Shown here piece by piece: positions 35,631 to 45,200 of a DNA stretch of 64,000 nucleotides (position 1 is the first letter of the stretch; each line of letters begins with the position of its first letter). Where the stretch lies: positions 62,001 through 126,000 of the forward strand of contig NW_013657660.1 in NCBI RefSeq assembly GCF_000142905.1, given 5' to 3'. Position numbers and translations under genes: made by a program. The notes under the pieces were generated by a model. That model was not told where the DNA came from. It ran no database searches and saw nothing but the letters and a program-made list of their open reading frames with translations. The stretch comes from Thecamonas trahens ATCC 50062 (lineage: Eukaryota > Protista > Apusomonadida).

Positions 35631-38420
35631 ATGAGGCTGGCTTTACCTCTCCTCACCCTCGTCCTCGTCCTCGCCCTGGCCGACGGCTTCTCCTGGTCCC
35701 ACCCGCAGCTGGCGGCGACTGCGGTAGCCTCGCCCACGGTCTCTTGTGGCGAGAGCGCTTCTTCTCTGCATGCGCTGCCTCTGACCAGCCGCCAGGCTGC
35801 CGCCGCAGTCATCATCAGTCTCGAGAACGATGACTCGGCTGTTGCTCTGGGCTTGGGCATGCTGCCGAGCGTCCACGCCCGCCTCCTCTCGCCCGTGGCT
35901 GGCACTGCGGGTCTTCCCGATGCGACGCTGGCCGACTCGCAGCCGGAGCTGTGGGAGATCAACGAGCTCGCGGTGTCTGATCTGGCCTGCGCTCAGCCGC
36001 AGTTTGTCATTCCACTGCCGCGCTTGGACATTGGGTGGCTGGTGCTCACTGCGCTTGCACCGGACGTTTTCCATCCGCCTCTCCCGCTCGCCTCGATTGT
36101 GGTGCCTGTCACTCCCATGGCTTCCAGGGTGCTCCCGGCTGCGTTGGCAGTCGATGCCGTGGCGCTGGCCAGCAAGAGCTTGCCGGCCAACGTTGCTGCT
36201 GCGCTCAACACTGTCCACTCGGACGCGCTGCTCGCCAGCCCGCATGGGGTCTGGGCCTGGTCCTCGGTCGCCGAGCCGGAGCTGGTGGTCGCCTTTCCAC
36301 AGCTACCGGGCCGTCACGCCGGGTCGCTGGGCGGGGTGGCGACTTCGACCGCTGTCGGAGCATGGGCGGCCGTCACCGTCTGCCGCGTCACTCCGCCGGG
36401 CCCACTCCGCTTGGACATCCATCCTGTTCCGCGGGCCGACGACGCTCTGTTTCTCGCCACAACGCCCGGCACGCTCTACGCATTCAACTTTACATCGGGT
36501 GCGTGGACGACGCTCACGTTTCCCGCGTCTTCGGGCGGCGCGGTCGTGTCTGCGCTCTACCCGGCGCGCTCGCTTCCGTGGCACTCGCCAGACTCTGGCA
36601 CCGTGTATGGCATTGCCAACGCCACCGCGGTCTTTCGGGTGGCGGCGGGGAGCATTACCGTCCTGCCGCCGCTGCCGGGCGCTGTGGCTCAGGTGGGTCA
36701 TCCGATTGGGCGCGGCGACGAGCCGGTGGCGCTCCTGGACTCGGGGAGCGTGTGCTTGTGGAAGCCTTCGGCGCAACGCTGGGCGGTCTCAGCGGCGCCG
36801 ATGCCCACGGCGACATGGCGGGGCCTGGTGCTGTCGGCGACCGACCCGTCGGCTGCGGCGGCGTGGGCGCCGGACCGGATTGCGGTTGTCCTCTTTAGTG
36901 CCGGCTTGAACCAGCCGCCGTTGCTTGTCGAGCGAGCGACAAGCGCGACCGCGCTCTTTGGCGAGACCATTCAAGCGCTGCTGATCGCTGACGACCAGCT
37001 GCTCGGGCAGGGAGCAAGCGGCGCTTGGCACGTCGCCCGCCTCTCTGCGCTGGAGAGCCCGGCTGCGCTGCTGTCGCAGGTCTCCGGTGTTCCGCTTGTT
37101 TATCCGCTCGTGCCGCCGCTTGTCGGATGGATGAGTGCAAACGTGAGCTCCAACGGCACGCTGGCGGCGTTGGCTCGCCAAGGCGCTTCAAGCGATATGA
37201 CATGTGCCGCAGTGTCTGCCACAGTGAGCGTCGACGAGCTCAGCAGTGGAAACCGGCGGCGGACTCTGCTCCGCGGCGGTGGCGCGTCTTTGGCAGCGTT
37301 TGCCGATGGCGACCTGCCAGAACACTCGCCGCTATATCTTGACTACGGGGAGAGACTCACGCTTCGGCTCCGCACTATGCTCACCGAGGCCGGTGCGGCG
37401 GCGGTAGCGACCCTCGGCACGAACGCGTCGCCGTTTGCGGTGGCCATCTCGCGTCAGGACGACGGCGATCACCCGCGGCTGTTGGTTGAGCCGACGGTGG
37501 TCGAGCGGCCCAACGCGACGTCACAGATGCTCGAGCTCCAGATTGTTGTGCGCGAGCCCGGGCGGAGTGCAGGCTATCCGCCGATTCAGTACGGGTCGGG
37601 CGAGTCGCTGACGGCGACGCACGTTGAAGTTGCGCTCGATGTGCCAGGGGTAGGCGGTGGGCCTGGGTGCTCGCTGAGCCGGGTCGGCGCCTCGGTTGAC
37701 ATGCTCGTGGGCTGCGCGCCAGGCCTCTCGCTGCAGCTCAGCGAGAGCGAGACGTTTTCCCAGAGCGAGGGCTGTCGTGAGAGCGACCCGTACCCGTGCC
37801 TCTTCTTCGAGTCTGTGTTTAGGCCTGTCATCAACGTGGTCGACGCAGTGGCCGGGACCTCGTGGCCGTACATCGGGCGGATGTACTTTCGGGTGGTGGG
37901 CGGCGGCCTGACGCCTGACAGCATCAGCCGGTTCAACGCAGACGAGGTGCTCGACAACAACCTGCACGGCTCAACAATGTGGACGTTTGACTCTGATGGG
38001 TCGGGTGCGTCGTCGTCGGACCCCGTCATCTCCTCGTCGGCGAACGGTATCACCTTTGTGTGCTCCGGCACCTCGCCGTGCGCGGACATCCTGCCCAATT
38101 TCCCGGACACGCCCGAGTACTACATGCTCATTGCGATCTCGACAGTGGGCATTCCCGACGACACTTACTGCGGGCTCACCACCGAGTTTGTGCTCCGGGT
38201 CCACGGCATTCCCATGAACTTTTCGACCTCGATCTCGTTTGTCTCGGCCTCGCTCCTCGCCGTCTTTATCCCCATGGTCATCGTCTACTGTGTCAAGCGC
38301 CGGGCTGGCACCCTCGACGGCGACGGCGATGGCGACGTCCACGCCAAACGCCGTGCCCTCGTCACTGGCGCCCGGCGCACCACTCCGCGGCCTCCGTCGC
38401 GTCGGGATCTGTTTGGGTGA
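35631..38420 (+). CDS. CATSPERG: CatSper channel auxiliary subunit gamma-like (signal peptide, large ectodomain, C-terminal TM)
   Basis: The C-terminal region GCAPG...DPYPCLFF..F.P....D...G......Y..VVGGG.T.D....F..DE...CSGTSPCAD..P...PEYY..I.IS..G..DTYC....F.L.VHG.P matches the animal CATSPERG C-terminal pattern as I recall it (GCPPG...DPMPCFLF...VVGGGPT...APC.D...PEFFF...STYC...HGLP). Confidence 0.82.
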   Translation: MRLALPLLTLVLVLALADGFSWSHPQLAATAVASPTVSCGESASSLHALPLTSRQAAAAVIISLENDDSAVALGLGMLPSVHARLLSPVAGTAGLPDATLADSQPELWEINELAVSDLACAQPQFVIPLPRLDIGWLVLTALAPDVFHPPLPLASIVVPVTPMASRVLPAALAVDAVALASKSLPANVAAALNTVHSDALLASPHGVWAWSSVAEPELVVAFPQLPGRHAGSLGGVATSTAVGAWAAVTVCRVTPPGPLRLDIHPVPRADDALFLATTPGTLYAFNFTSGAWTTLTFPASSGGAVVSALYPARSLPWHSPDSGTVYGIANATAVFRVAAGSITVLPPLPGAVAQVGHPIGRGDEPVALLDSGSVCLWKPSAQRWAVSAAPMPTATWRGLVLSATDPSAAAAWAPDRIAVVLFSAGLNQPPLLVERATSATALFGETIQALLIADDQLLGQGASGAWHVARLSALESPAALLSQVSGVPLVYPLVPPLVGWMSANVSSNGTLAALARQGASSDMTCAAVSATVSVDELSSGNRRRTLLRGGGASLAAFADGDLPEHSPLYLDYGERLTLRLRTMLTEAGAAAVATLGTNASPFAVAISRQDDGDHPRLLVEPTVVERPNATSQMLELQIVVREPGRSAGYPPIQYGSGESLTATHVEVALDVPGVGGGPGCSLSRVGASVDMLVGCAPGLSLQLSESETFSQSEGCRESDPYPCLFFESVFRPVINVVDAVAGTSWPYIGRMYFRVVGGGLTPDSISRFNADEVLDNNLHGSTMWTFDSDGSGASSSDPVISSSANGITFVCSGTSPCADILPNFPDTPEYYMLIAISTVGIPDDTYCGLTTEFVLRVHGIPMNFSTSISFVSASLLAVFIPMVIVYCVKRRAGTLDGDGDGDVHAKRRALVTGARRTTPRPPSRRDLFG

Positions 38421-38445
38421 AAAGCCGTCGCACACCGGCCCGCTG

Positions 38446-39033
38446 TCACCCGCCATCATCAGCGTCTGCATCAGCATACACAAAGCCCATTCTCCGGTAC
38501 CGTCCGCCCCGTCCCGCCACATCGGTCACAGCTTGGCTCTCACTCGCCTCGTCGACCCCACCGAGCACTCTTTCAAAGTAGTGTCCGACGCGATCGGCAG
38601 GCGAGAGCACCGTAAAGGACGAGACCAGCGTGTCCGGCAGCAAATCGGGATGCGACTGCTTGCGGGTGCTCGGCTTGGGCGAGTAGAGGATGTGAGCGCC
38701 GATGAGCTCGCGCTCCAGCGCTGTCACGATCTCGGGCACATCAGCCACAGCAGCCTCCCACACGCTCGCGGAGCAGCCGAGAAGTGTGGCCACATCGTTG
38801 TCAAACAGCAGAATCGAGTCCAGCACGTCGGATCTGCCGCTGGTCGCCACACGCAGCGAGAGCTTGAAGACGGCCACCGAATCGGTCTGGGCCAAGTCGC
38901 GCTTGCACGTCTTGCAGTAGAGGGCATGGTGGGTGGGATGGAAGCCCGAGTGGGCCTTGGAGCAGAAAGCACACACCGCGTACGTCAGCCTCCGCGTGTC
39001 GGCAGCCATCACAATGCCGCGCTTGCCCAGCAT
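38446..39033 (-). CDS. Stand-alone Zn-ribbon OB-fold protein (RPA1-C / DDIAS(noxin) N-terminal-like)
   Basis: LTYAVCAFCSK...YCKTCK...FKLSLRVA...ILLFD...TLLGCSA...ELIG. Confidence 0.7.
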   Translation of the reverse strand: MLGKRGIVMAADTRRLTYAVCAFCSKAHSGFHPTHHALYCKTCKRDLAQTDSVAVFKLSLRVATSGRSDVLDSILLFDNDVATLLGCSASVWEAAVADVPEIVTALERELIGAHILYSPKPSTRKQSHPDLLPDTLVSSFTVLSPADRVGHYFERVLGGVDEASESQAVTDVAGRGGRYRRMGFVYADADADDGG

Positions 39034-39212
39034 GCTCCTGCAGCCGCTTCCTGAGCCGAGCCGAGCCGAGCCGAGTGCTCTCGCCCGACCTGCTCGAGCT
39101 CCCCCAAAGCGAGCAAGGACCACAACCGAGGTAGGCTCAGCTCAGGCACGGCGGGTGGTATGGCCACACACGGCCAGCGGCCGGCGCGACGCACTCGTAT
39201 ATCATTCTTCAA

Positions 39213-41666
39213 TCACTCCTCATTACTTTCATCCTCTTCTCCACCGCCATCGCCGGCAGCAAGGACCACCGACGATGACGACGATTGGAGCCAGGGGCGC
39301 GATCGGTTCTCACGGGACTGGGTCCGGGCGAGGAGGTTCTTGCGGGCTGAGCGGCGGGAGGACCGCGGCCGCGACGGGGTGTCGACAGCGACGCCAGCGG
39401 TGCCGCTCCGGGTGGCGCGGAGGACAGAGACGCCGGAGCGGCGGGTTGGCATCGGTGACTTGAGGTGCGAGACGATGGCAGGGCGGACAAAGATGCCGTG
39501 CTTGGCCGCGCAGTCAAAGTACTGCACGCCGGCGACAGAACCATCGTTGCGACCCCAGGCTTCGTCGAGTGCAACGCCGACCCACTCGCCGCGCGGATCA
39601 AACTGGGTGTAGCCAACAAAGGCAACGGTGCCCGGCTTGCCGCGGACAGAGACTCGGTTGCCGATCCCTAACTGGACACCCTCGACCGAGACTGACGTTC
39701 CGAGCACCGCAACCTCTTTGGTGTGGCTCTGGGCCTCGACTGACGTAGCCAGATCCTCCGGCACCAGCCGCGGACGGCTCGCCGGAACCACCGAAGACGA
39801 AGCCGACGCCGTCTCGTCGTCGGCATCGCTCGCACTCTCGGACTCTGGCTCGGACTCGGCGTCCGACTCGGAGACCGAGGTGATCTGGAGCTCGGCAGCG
39901 GCCTCATCCTCCTCGCCGAGCACGGTTGCCACAAACAGGGCCGAGATCCAAGCATACAGTCCCGCAGCGGCCTTGGAAACGTCGGCGAGAAGGTCTGGCT
40001 CAAGGTCGTTGTCGACAATGTACGGCCAGAGCGCGTCCAGCTTTTGCGGCGTCATCTCACGCTTGTAGTTGTAGGCGAGACACTTGCGGGCCAGGTTCGG
40101 GTCGCGGAGAACAGCCTCAATGTCACGCGGCAGCGCCTGTGCCGCGTGCTGAAAGGTGGCGCCGGAGCCGCGCCACGAGGTGTGCTCGTGCAGCCGCTCG
40201 CCGGCCTCGGTGTCCTTGAACAAGACCACAAGTGCCTCCATGACCTTGACGATGGGCTCGACCGGATGGACGTATGACCGCAGCTCATAGAGGTCGGCCT
40301 TGGTGAGTGCGGCCAGCTGCGCCTGCGCCGACGCATACTGCCGGCCGGCGGCCGAGTGGGCAACGAGGGCGCGCACGCGCTCGACCTGCTCGCGCCGCTC
40401 GCGGGCGGCCCAGCCCGGAAGCTCGCGGCTCCCGGCCCGGACCAGACCGCTGCGGGTGCCTTCGAGCATGACGGTGCGTCGGGCGGCGGCAGCACTGGCG
40501 GCGACCCGCATTGAGTCAGCCGGGGTCCACACACGTTTCGGGCTGGTGCGGGCGACGAGGAGGCTGGACGGGGCGCCGAGCGTGTCGCCGGATCCGCTGG
40601 CAGTCAGCGCCGCCGTGTGCTCGGCCTCGCTCACCGCCGCGCGCTCGTTGTACAGGGCGAGCAGTGCGTCGAGCTTCTCAATGACGTCCTCAGGCTGCTC
40701 CTCGCGAAGAAGCAACAGCATCTCCTCCATCTGCTCGCGCTCGAGCTCGAGGCGCGAGTAAGCGCGCGACGACTCCTCAAGCTGGGCTGCGGCCGTCTCG
40801 TACTTGGCCTTGAGGACTTCGTGCTCGGTGATGAGAGCCTCATGCTCTGCGACGGTAACCGCGTTGGACGAGGTCGAAGCGACTGACGACTTTTTGAGCT
40901 CGTTGAGCTCAAACGAGAGTAGAGCCCGCTGGCGCGCCTCCTCGTCGAGCAGGGCAGCAACTTCCTCTTCCTCGGCCACAAACGAGGTCTTGAGCTGCTC
41001 TATATCTTCGACAAGCGCCGACTGGTCGGCATCGGCCCGACGCCGCAACGCGCGCTCGCGGTGGACCATCTCCTCGGCGACCCGCAGCTCGTCCTCGAGC
41101 TCTGCAATCCGGTCGCGGAGGGTGTCCTCGGTCTCGGCCGCAGCGTCGAGCTCATGTTCGTAAGCGAGCTTGTCGTACGCCGAAAGCGAAGCGTTCTGTC
41201 GCGACTCTGTCCGCGAGTGCCGCTCGGCCCGGCGGCGCGCCGCCTTTTCTTTCTCGAGCTTGAGTGAGAGCCGCGAGATTTTGCCCTTGAGCACCTCTAT
41301 CTGGTCTGTGAGCAGATCAACCTCCTCCTCCGCCCGCTCGCGCATTGCGTTGCCGTCTGCTCGTGCGCTCTCGACCGCCTGCGCCGCCGCCTCGTCGGCG
41401 GCCTGCAGCTGCGCATCGAGGTGCGAGACAAGCGCCTTGAGCGCACGCGCCTCGTACATTGCCGCTGTGGCCCGCCGCCCACTGCCGGCCTCGCTCTCAC
41501 GTGTGGGTGTTTGGCCTGCCTTTCGCCGCAGGCCCCAGTCGCCGTGCTCAGGCCTCCCATGTGCCGGCTGCAGCTCATCGAACCGGACTCGTCCGGCCCA
41601 CTCGCGCATGGTCCTCCGGTCCGGCGGCATCGATGCCGGCACCACCGGTTCGTTTGAGCCCATCAT
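39213..41666 (-). CDS. Coiled-coil protein with a dynein stalk/MTBD-like domain and a CAP-Gly domain
   Basis: CAP-Gly: IGNRVSVRGKPGTVAFVGYTQF..GEWVGVALD..GRNDGSVAGVQYF.C..KHGIFVRP. MTBD-like: AQAQLAALTKADLYELRSYVHPVEPIVKVMEALVVLF...DVSKAAAGLYAWISAL. Confidence 0.85.
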   Translation of the reverse strand: MMGSNEPVVPASMPPDRRTMREWAGRVRFDELQPAHGRPEHGDWGLRRKAGQTPTRESEAGSGRRATAAMYEARALKALVSHLDAQLQAADEAAAQAVESARADGNAMRERAEEEVDLLTDQIEVLKGKISRLSLKLEKEKAARRRAERHSRTESRQNASLSAYDKLAYEHELDAAAETEDTLRDRIAELEDELRVAEEMVHRERALRRRADADQSALVEDIEQLKTSFVAEEEEVAALLDEEARQRALLSFELNELKKSSVASTSSNAVTVAEHEALITEHEVLKAKYETAAAQLEESSRAYSRLELEREQMEEMLLLLREEQPEDVIEKLDALLALYNERAAVSEAEHTAALTASGSGDTLGAPSSLLVARTSPKRVWTPADSMRVAASAAAARRTVMLEGTRSGLVRAGSRELPGWAARERREQVERVRALVAHSAAGRQYASAQAQLAALTKADLYELRSYVHPVEPIVKVMEALVVLFKDTEAGERLHEHTSWRGSGATFQHAAQALPRDIEAVLRDPNLARKCLAYNYKREMTPQKLDALWPYIVDNDLEPDLLADVSKAAAGLYAWISALFVATVLGEEDEAAAELQITSVSESDAESEPESESASDADDETASASSSVVPASRPRLVPEDLATSVEAQSHTKEVAVLGTSVSVEGVQLGIGNRVSVRGKPGTVAFVGYTQFDPRGEWVGVALDEAWGRNDGSVAGVQYFDCAAKHGIFVRPAIVSHLKSPMPTRRSGVSVLRATRSGTAGVAVDTPSRPRSSRRSARKNLLARTQSRENRSRPWLQSSSSSVVLAAGDGGGEEDESNEE

Positions 41667-41794
41667 AGCCGATGCTCGCTCTCCTCTCCGCGTCCTGCCC
41701 TCCACCCGCGGTCGCACCAATGGCTGTGCCTTGTGCTGCTTGTACCCCCCTGCTCTTTCCCCGTCTGCGATCTGGCCATTGGCTGTGTCCTGCG

Positions 41795-41907
41795 CGCCGA
41801 TGGCTGCGCCCCGTACGCCGATGGCTGCGCCCCGTACGCCGATGGCTGCGCCCCGTACGCCGATGGCTGCGCCCCGTACGCCGATGGCTGCGCCCCGTAC
41901 GCCGATG
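41795..41907. repeat. 21-mer (cgccgatggctgcgccccgta) x5 in a divergent intergenic region
   Basis: Directly visible, no spacers. Confidence 0.95.
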
Positions 41908-42000
41908 GCGGCGGCGGCGATCTGTGCACCACCTTCATCCGATCACTACTCCCAACCGTCCGTCCGTCCAGTCCCCCCCACCACACCACCCCCCCCCCCC

Positions 42001-42100
42001 NNNNNNNNNNNNNNNNNNNNNNNNNNNNNNNNNNNNNNNNNNNNNNNNNNNNNNNNNNNNNNNNNNNNNNNNNNNNNNNNNNNNNNNNNNNNNNNNNNNN
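42001..42100. other. Assembly gap (100 N) flanked by poly-C
   Basis: N run. Confidence 1.
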
Positions 42101-42208
42101 TCCCCCCCTGCCCCCGGCCCAGAACCACTTGGCGCCAGACCACCACCACCACCACCGCACCCGCACCCTCTCCACTCCACCCACCAACCACACACAACCA
42201 CACACACT

Positions 42209-42241
<33 letters not shown>

Positions 42242-42272
42242 TACACACACACACACATACATACACATATCC

Positions 42273-45200
42273 ATGTCTGTAGAGCGGAGGCTACGGGGCC
42301 TCCTTGCCTCGCTTGCCACTATCCCCACCCCCGACCGGTCTCCTGCCTCCCTCTCCGAGCTCAACACCCTTATCACTCCCTTGCTCCTGGTCGCGCCCTC
42401 GTCTATCTCCCTCCCCCTGCCGCCCACGGGAGAGACACTGACGGCAACGGCTGCGGCGGGCAACCCGCATTCGGCTGCTGCAAACACCACTCAGGAGAAG
42501 GTCGGTGCTCTGGATGGCTTGCCTGCTGCTCGTGCTGCTCGTGCTGCTCGTGGTCCAGGTGCAGGCGGTGGAGGTAGCACGGCTGCTGCTGCTGCTGCGG
42601 CGGCGGCGGCGGCTGCTGCTGCTGCTGCCACCCATGCACTGAGGCCGAGCATTGCGTTGGATGTCTTTGTCGAGGCTGCAGGGCTGTACATCGCCTTTGG
42701 TGAGTATGCGCATGCTCAGTCATGCCTCCTCACCTACTTTCAGTCGGATCCGCCCACCAACAAGTTTCTGGCCAAGGCACACTTTCTCCAGGGCGAGCTG
42801 CTGGTTGTTCCGGCGGTGGATGAGCCCATCCATGGCGAGCGCCTTTCGCTCACCGTTTTATCGGGCCTCGCTTCGGTCGTCAAGGGCTTTGACCTTGGCC
42901 TCACCTCGCCCCGCTACCACTTTCTCCTCTACAACGGCTCGGTCTACTGGTGGCGACTCGCCCGCCCGCTTGTGGTCCCGGGCTTCCGCCACCTGCTCCT
43001 CCCCTCCGCCGCACACATCGTCGAGGGCCTCGACGCTGTTGACGAGCCCGATCTCGCCTGGCGCGCCCGCCTCATGCACCTCCTCGCCCTCTGCCACGAG
43101 GACAACAACGACCGCGCCGCCGCCCTGCACACCCTCTCGCGCGCCGCCGCTCTCGCCGACAAGGCCGCCGCCACTGAGCGCGCCGCCATTCTCTCCAAGT
43201 CTGGCTCGCCGCCGTCGACTCCGTCGCTCGCCCGCTCGTCGTCAGCCCGCGGCCAACGCACAGGGCGGGCTGCCCGGGCCGCCACCCCACCCAAGCGTGC
43301 TGCGACCAAGCACGGCCGCCAAGATTCACCGTCGGCCACCGTCCCAGACACTCCGGTTCTCGAGCTCTGCAGGCTCATTTACCGCACCCAGATCGAGCTC
43401 TCGCCGCCGTCGGCCGCTGCCAACCTGGAAAAGTCTGCTACTTCCTCGGCCGCTTCGTCATGGCTCACGGCCTCGCCGTCGACACCCGCCGTCCTCAAGG
43501 CCCTCGCCCGCGTCGAGCTCGTCATGTCCTCGCCCGAGCCGCGCGCCAGCCTCAAGCTCCTCCACGAAGCGTTTTCTCTCCTGGTAGGCGCGCCCATTCC
43601 GCCGCCCGCCGCACCGACCTCCGAGTGGCCGACCGTCCCGTCCTCGCTCTCGTTCCCTGGCCAGGTACTCCTCGGCGAAGTTGGTCTCCTCGCCGTCTTC
43701 TACGGCGACCTGCACGTCGGCCGTGTCGCCGCCGCCGCCGCCCACCAGTCGCGCAACCTCGGCGCCCGTATCCAATCCGAGTACTCGCTCGCCATGCTTC
43801 GTGTCGCCGACATGGGCCCGGCTCAGTTTGCCTTTTCCAAGGACATGGTTGAGACCCGCGTCGAGTCACTTCGCATGCTCGAGCAGGCGCTGCACTCGGC
43901 TACCCGCCTCGGCAACGCAGGCATCATCGAGGCCGGCGCGGTCTGCATCTGGAACCTTGTGCTGCCGCTCCTGCAACCGAACCTTCGCCACCTCGCTCAT
44001 CGCCCCATGCACCTCGCCGCCACCGCTCTCGCGCGCATCTCCTCGCCGCTTCGCACCCTCATGTCTGACCTTCACACGGAGCTTGCACACTGTGAGATTG
44101 CCGACGACATGCTCTCCAAGGCCGCCAAGCACGTCGCCAAAGGCCTGGCCGCAGACCTCGTCGACCGACATGCTTCGCGCATCCTCAACCCGCTGGCCCA
44201 CAAGCTCCGCCTCCGCACCAACATCTACGATAAGGTCTCGTCGCCGCTCGACGAAGCCACCCTCCTCCATGAGCAGGCGCTTCTCACCCGCGACCCCACC
44301 CTCGCCTCCAACATCCTCCTCTCGGCCATGCAGTGCCTCTCCGACTTTCGGCCCGACCACGACTCGCCTGACCTCCACCACACCCTAGCGCTCTGGGGCA
44401 ATCTCGCAAAGACCGCCCGCGCCTCGCACCTCCATCAGGCCGCCTATGACGCCGCCAAAGCTTACCTCAAGCTCGCCGGGGAGGTCTCCTCGGCTGCGCT
44501 CGCCCGCCACGTGGCCCTCCTTCCTGAGCCGGTCACCGCCGCAGACCTTGCTCTCCCACTTGCCTCGCGCACCGCTGCGGCCCCGAGCCGCGACGCTGCA
44601 CCGTCGCCGGCCTCGCCGTCGCGCTCATCGGCCCGCGCTGCTGCGGCCCTCCGCTCGGCTTCGGACGATGCCCTCCACGATTCGTCGTCACACCTCCCGA
44701 TCCCGGTGAGACTCACCGCGTCAGCAACCGAGCTCGACGCCGCGTTGGCGCCTGTCCTGGTCCCGGCGCCCGAGCTCTCGCTCGCCACCTCACTCGCCAC
44801 GCCGCCTCCGGCGCGCCCTGGCTCGTCGGGCCGGACACCGCAGGCTCCGAGCCAGACCGCATCGCCGGCCCGCGCCAGCTCCAAGCAGTCGGCCTCGTCC
44901 GCTGCCAGCCACTCGCCGCCTTCGGCACTGATGCCTGCGGCGAGCGTGGTCGGGCCAGCACCGCGCCCGCCGGTAACCCCAGTCGCCCGCCCGGTTACCC
45001 TTCAGGAGGAGGACGCGCTCCGCCAGCGCGCCGCCGTCTATTGCATCCTGGTCGAGGCTGCCATCGCCCTGCTAGAGGCTTCCTTCCGAGTCACCGCCCG
45101 CGACATTCTCGCCCTCGAGGTCTCGCCTGGCGACTCGCCGTCGGCCAAGCCAGTCCTCACCGGTATTGCGTCGCGAACTGCGTCGGTCCTCGCCTCGGCC

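Noticed and set aside
41795-41907. 21-bp (and 13-bp at 60788) direct repeats as a CRISPR array
   Set aside because: Head-to-tail repeats without unique spacers, no cas genes, eukaryotic context
41733-42272. N-terminal extension of the 3419-aa ORF
   Set aside because: It runs through a minisatellite, an N gap and (CA)n; the plausible start is ATG 42273
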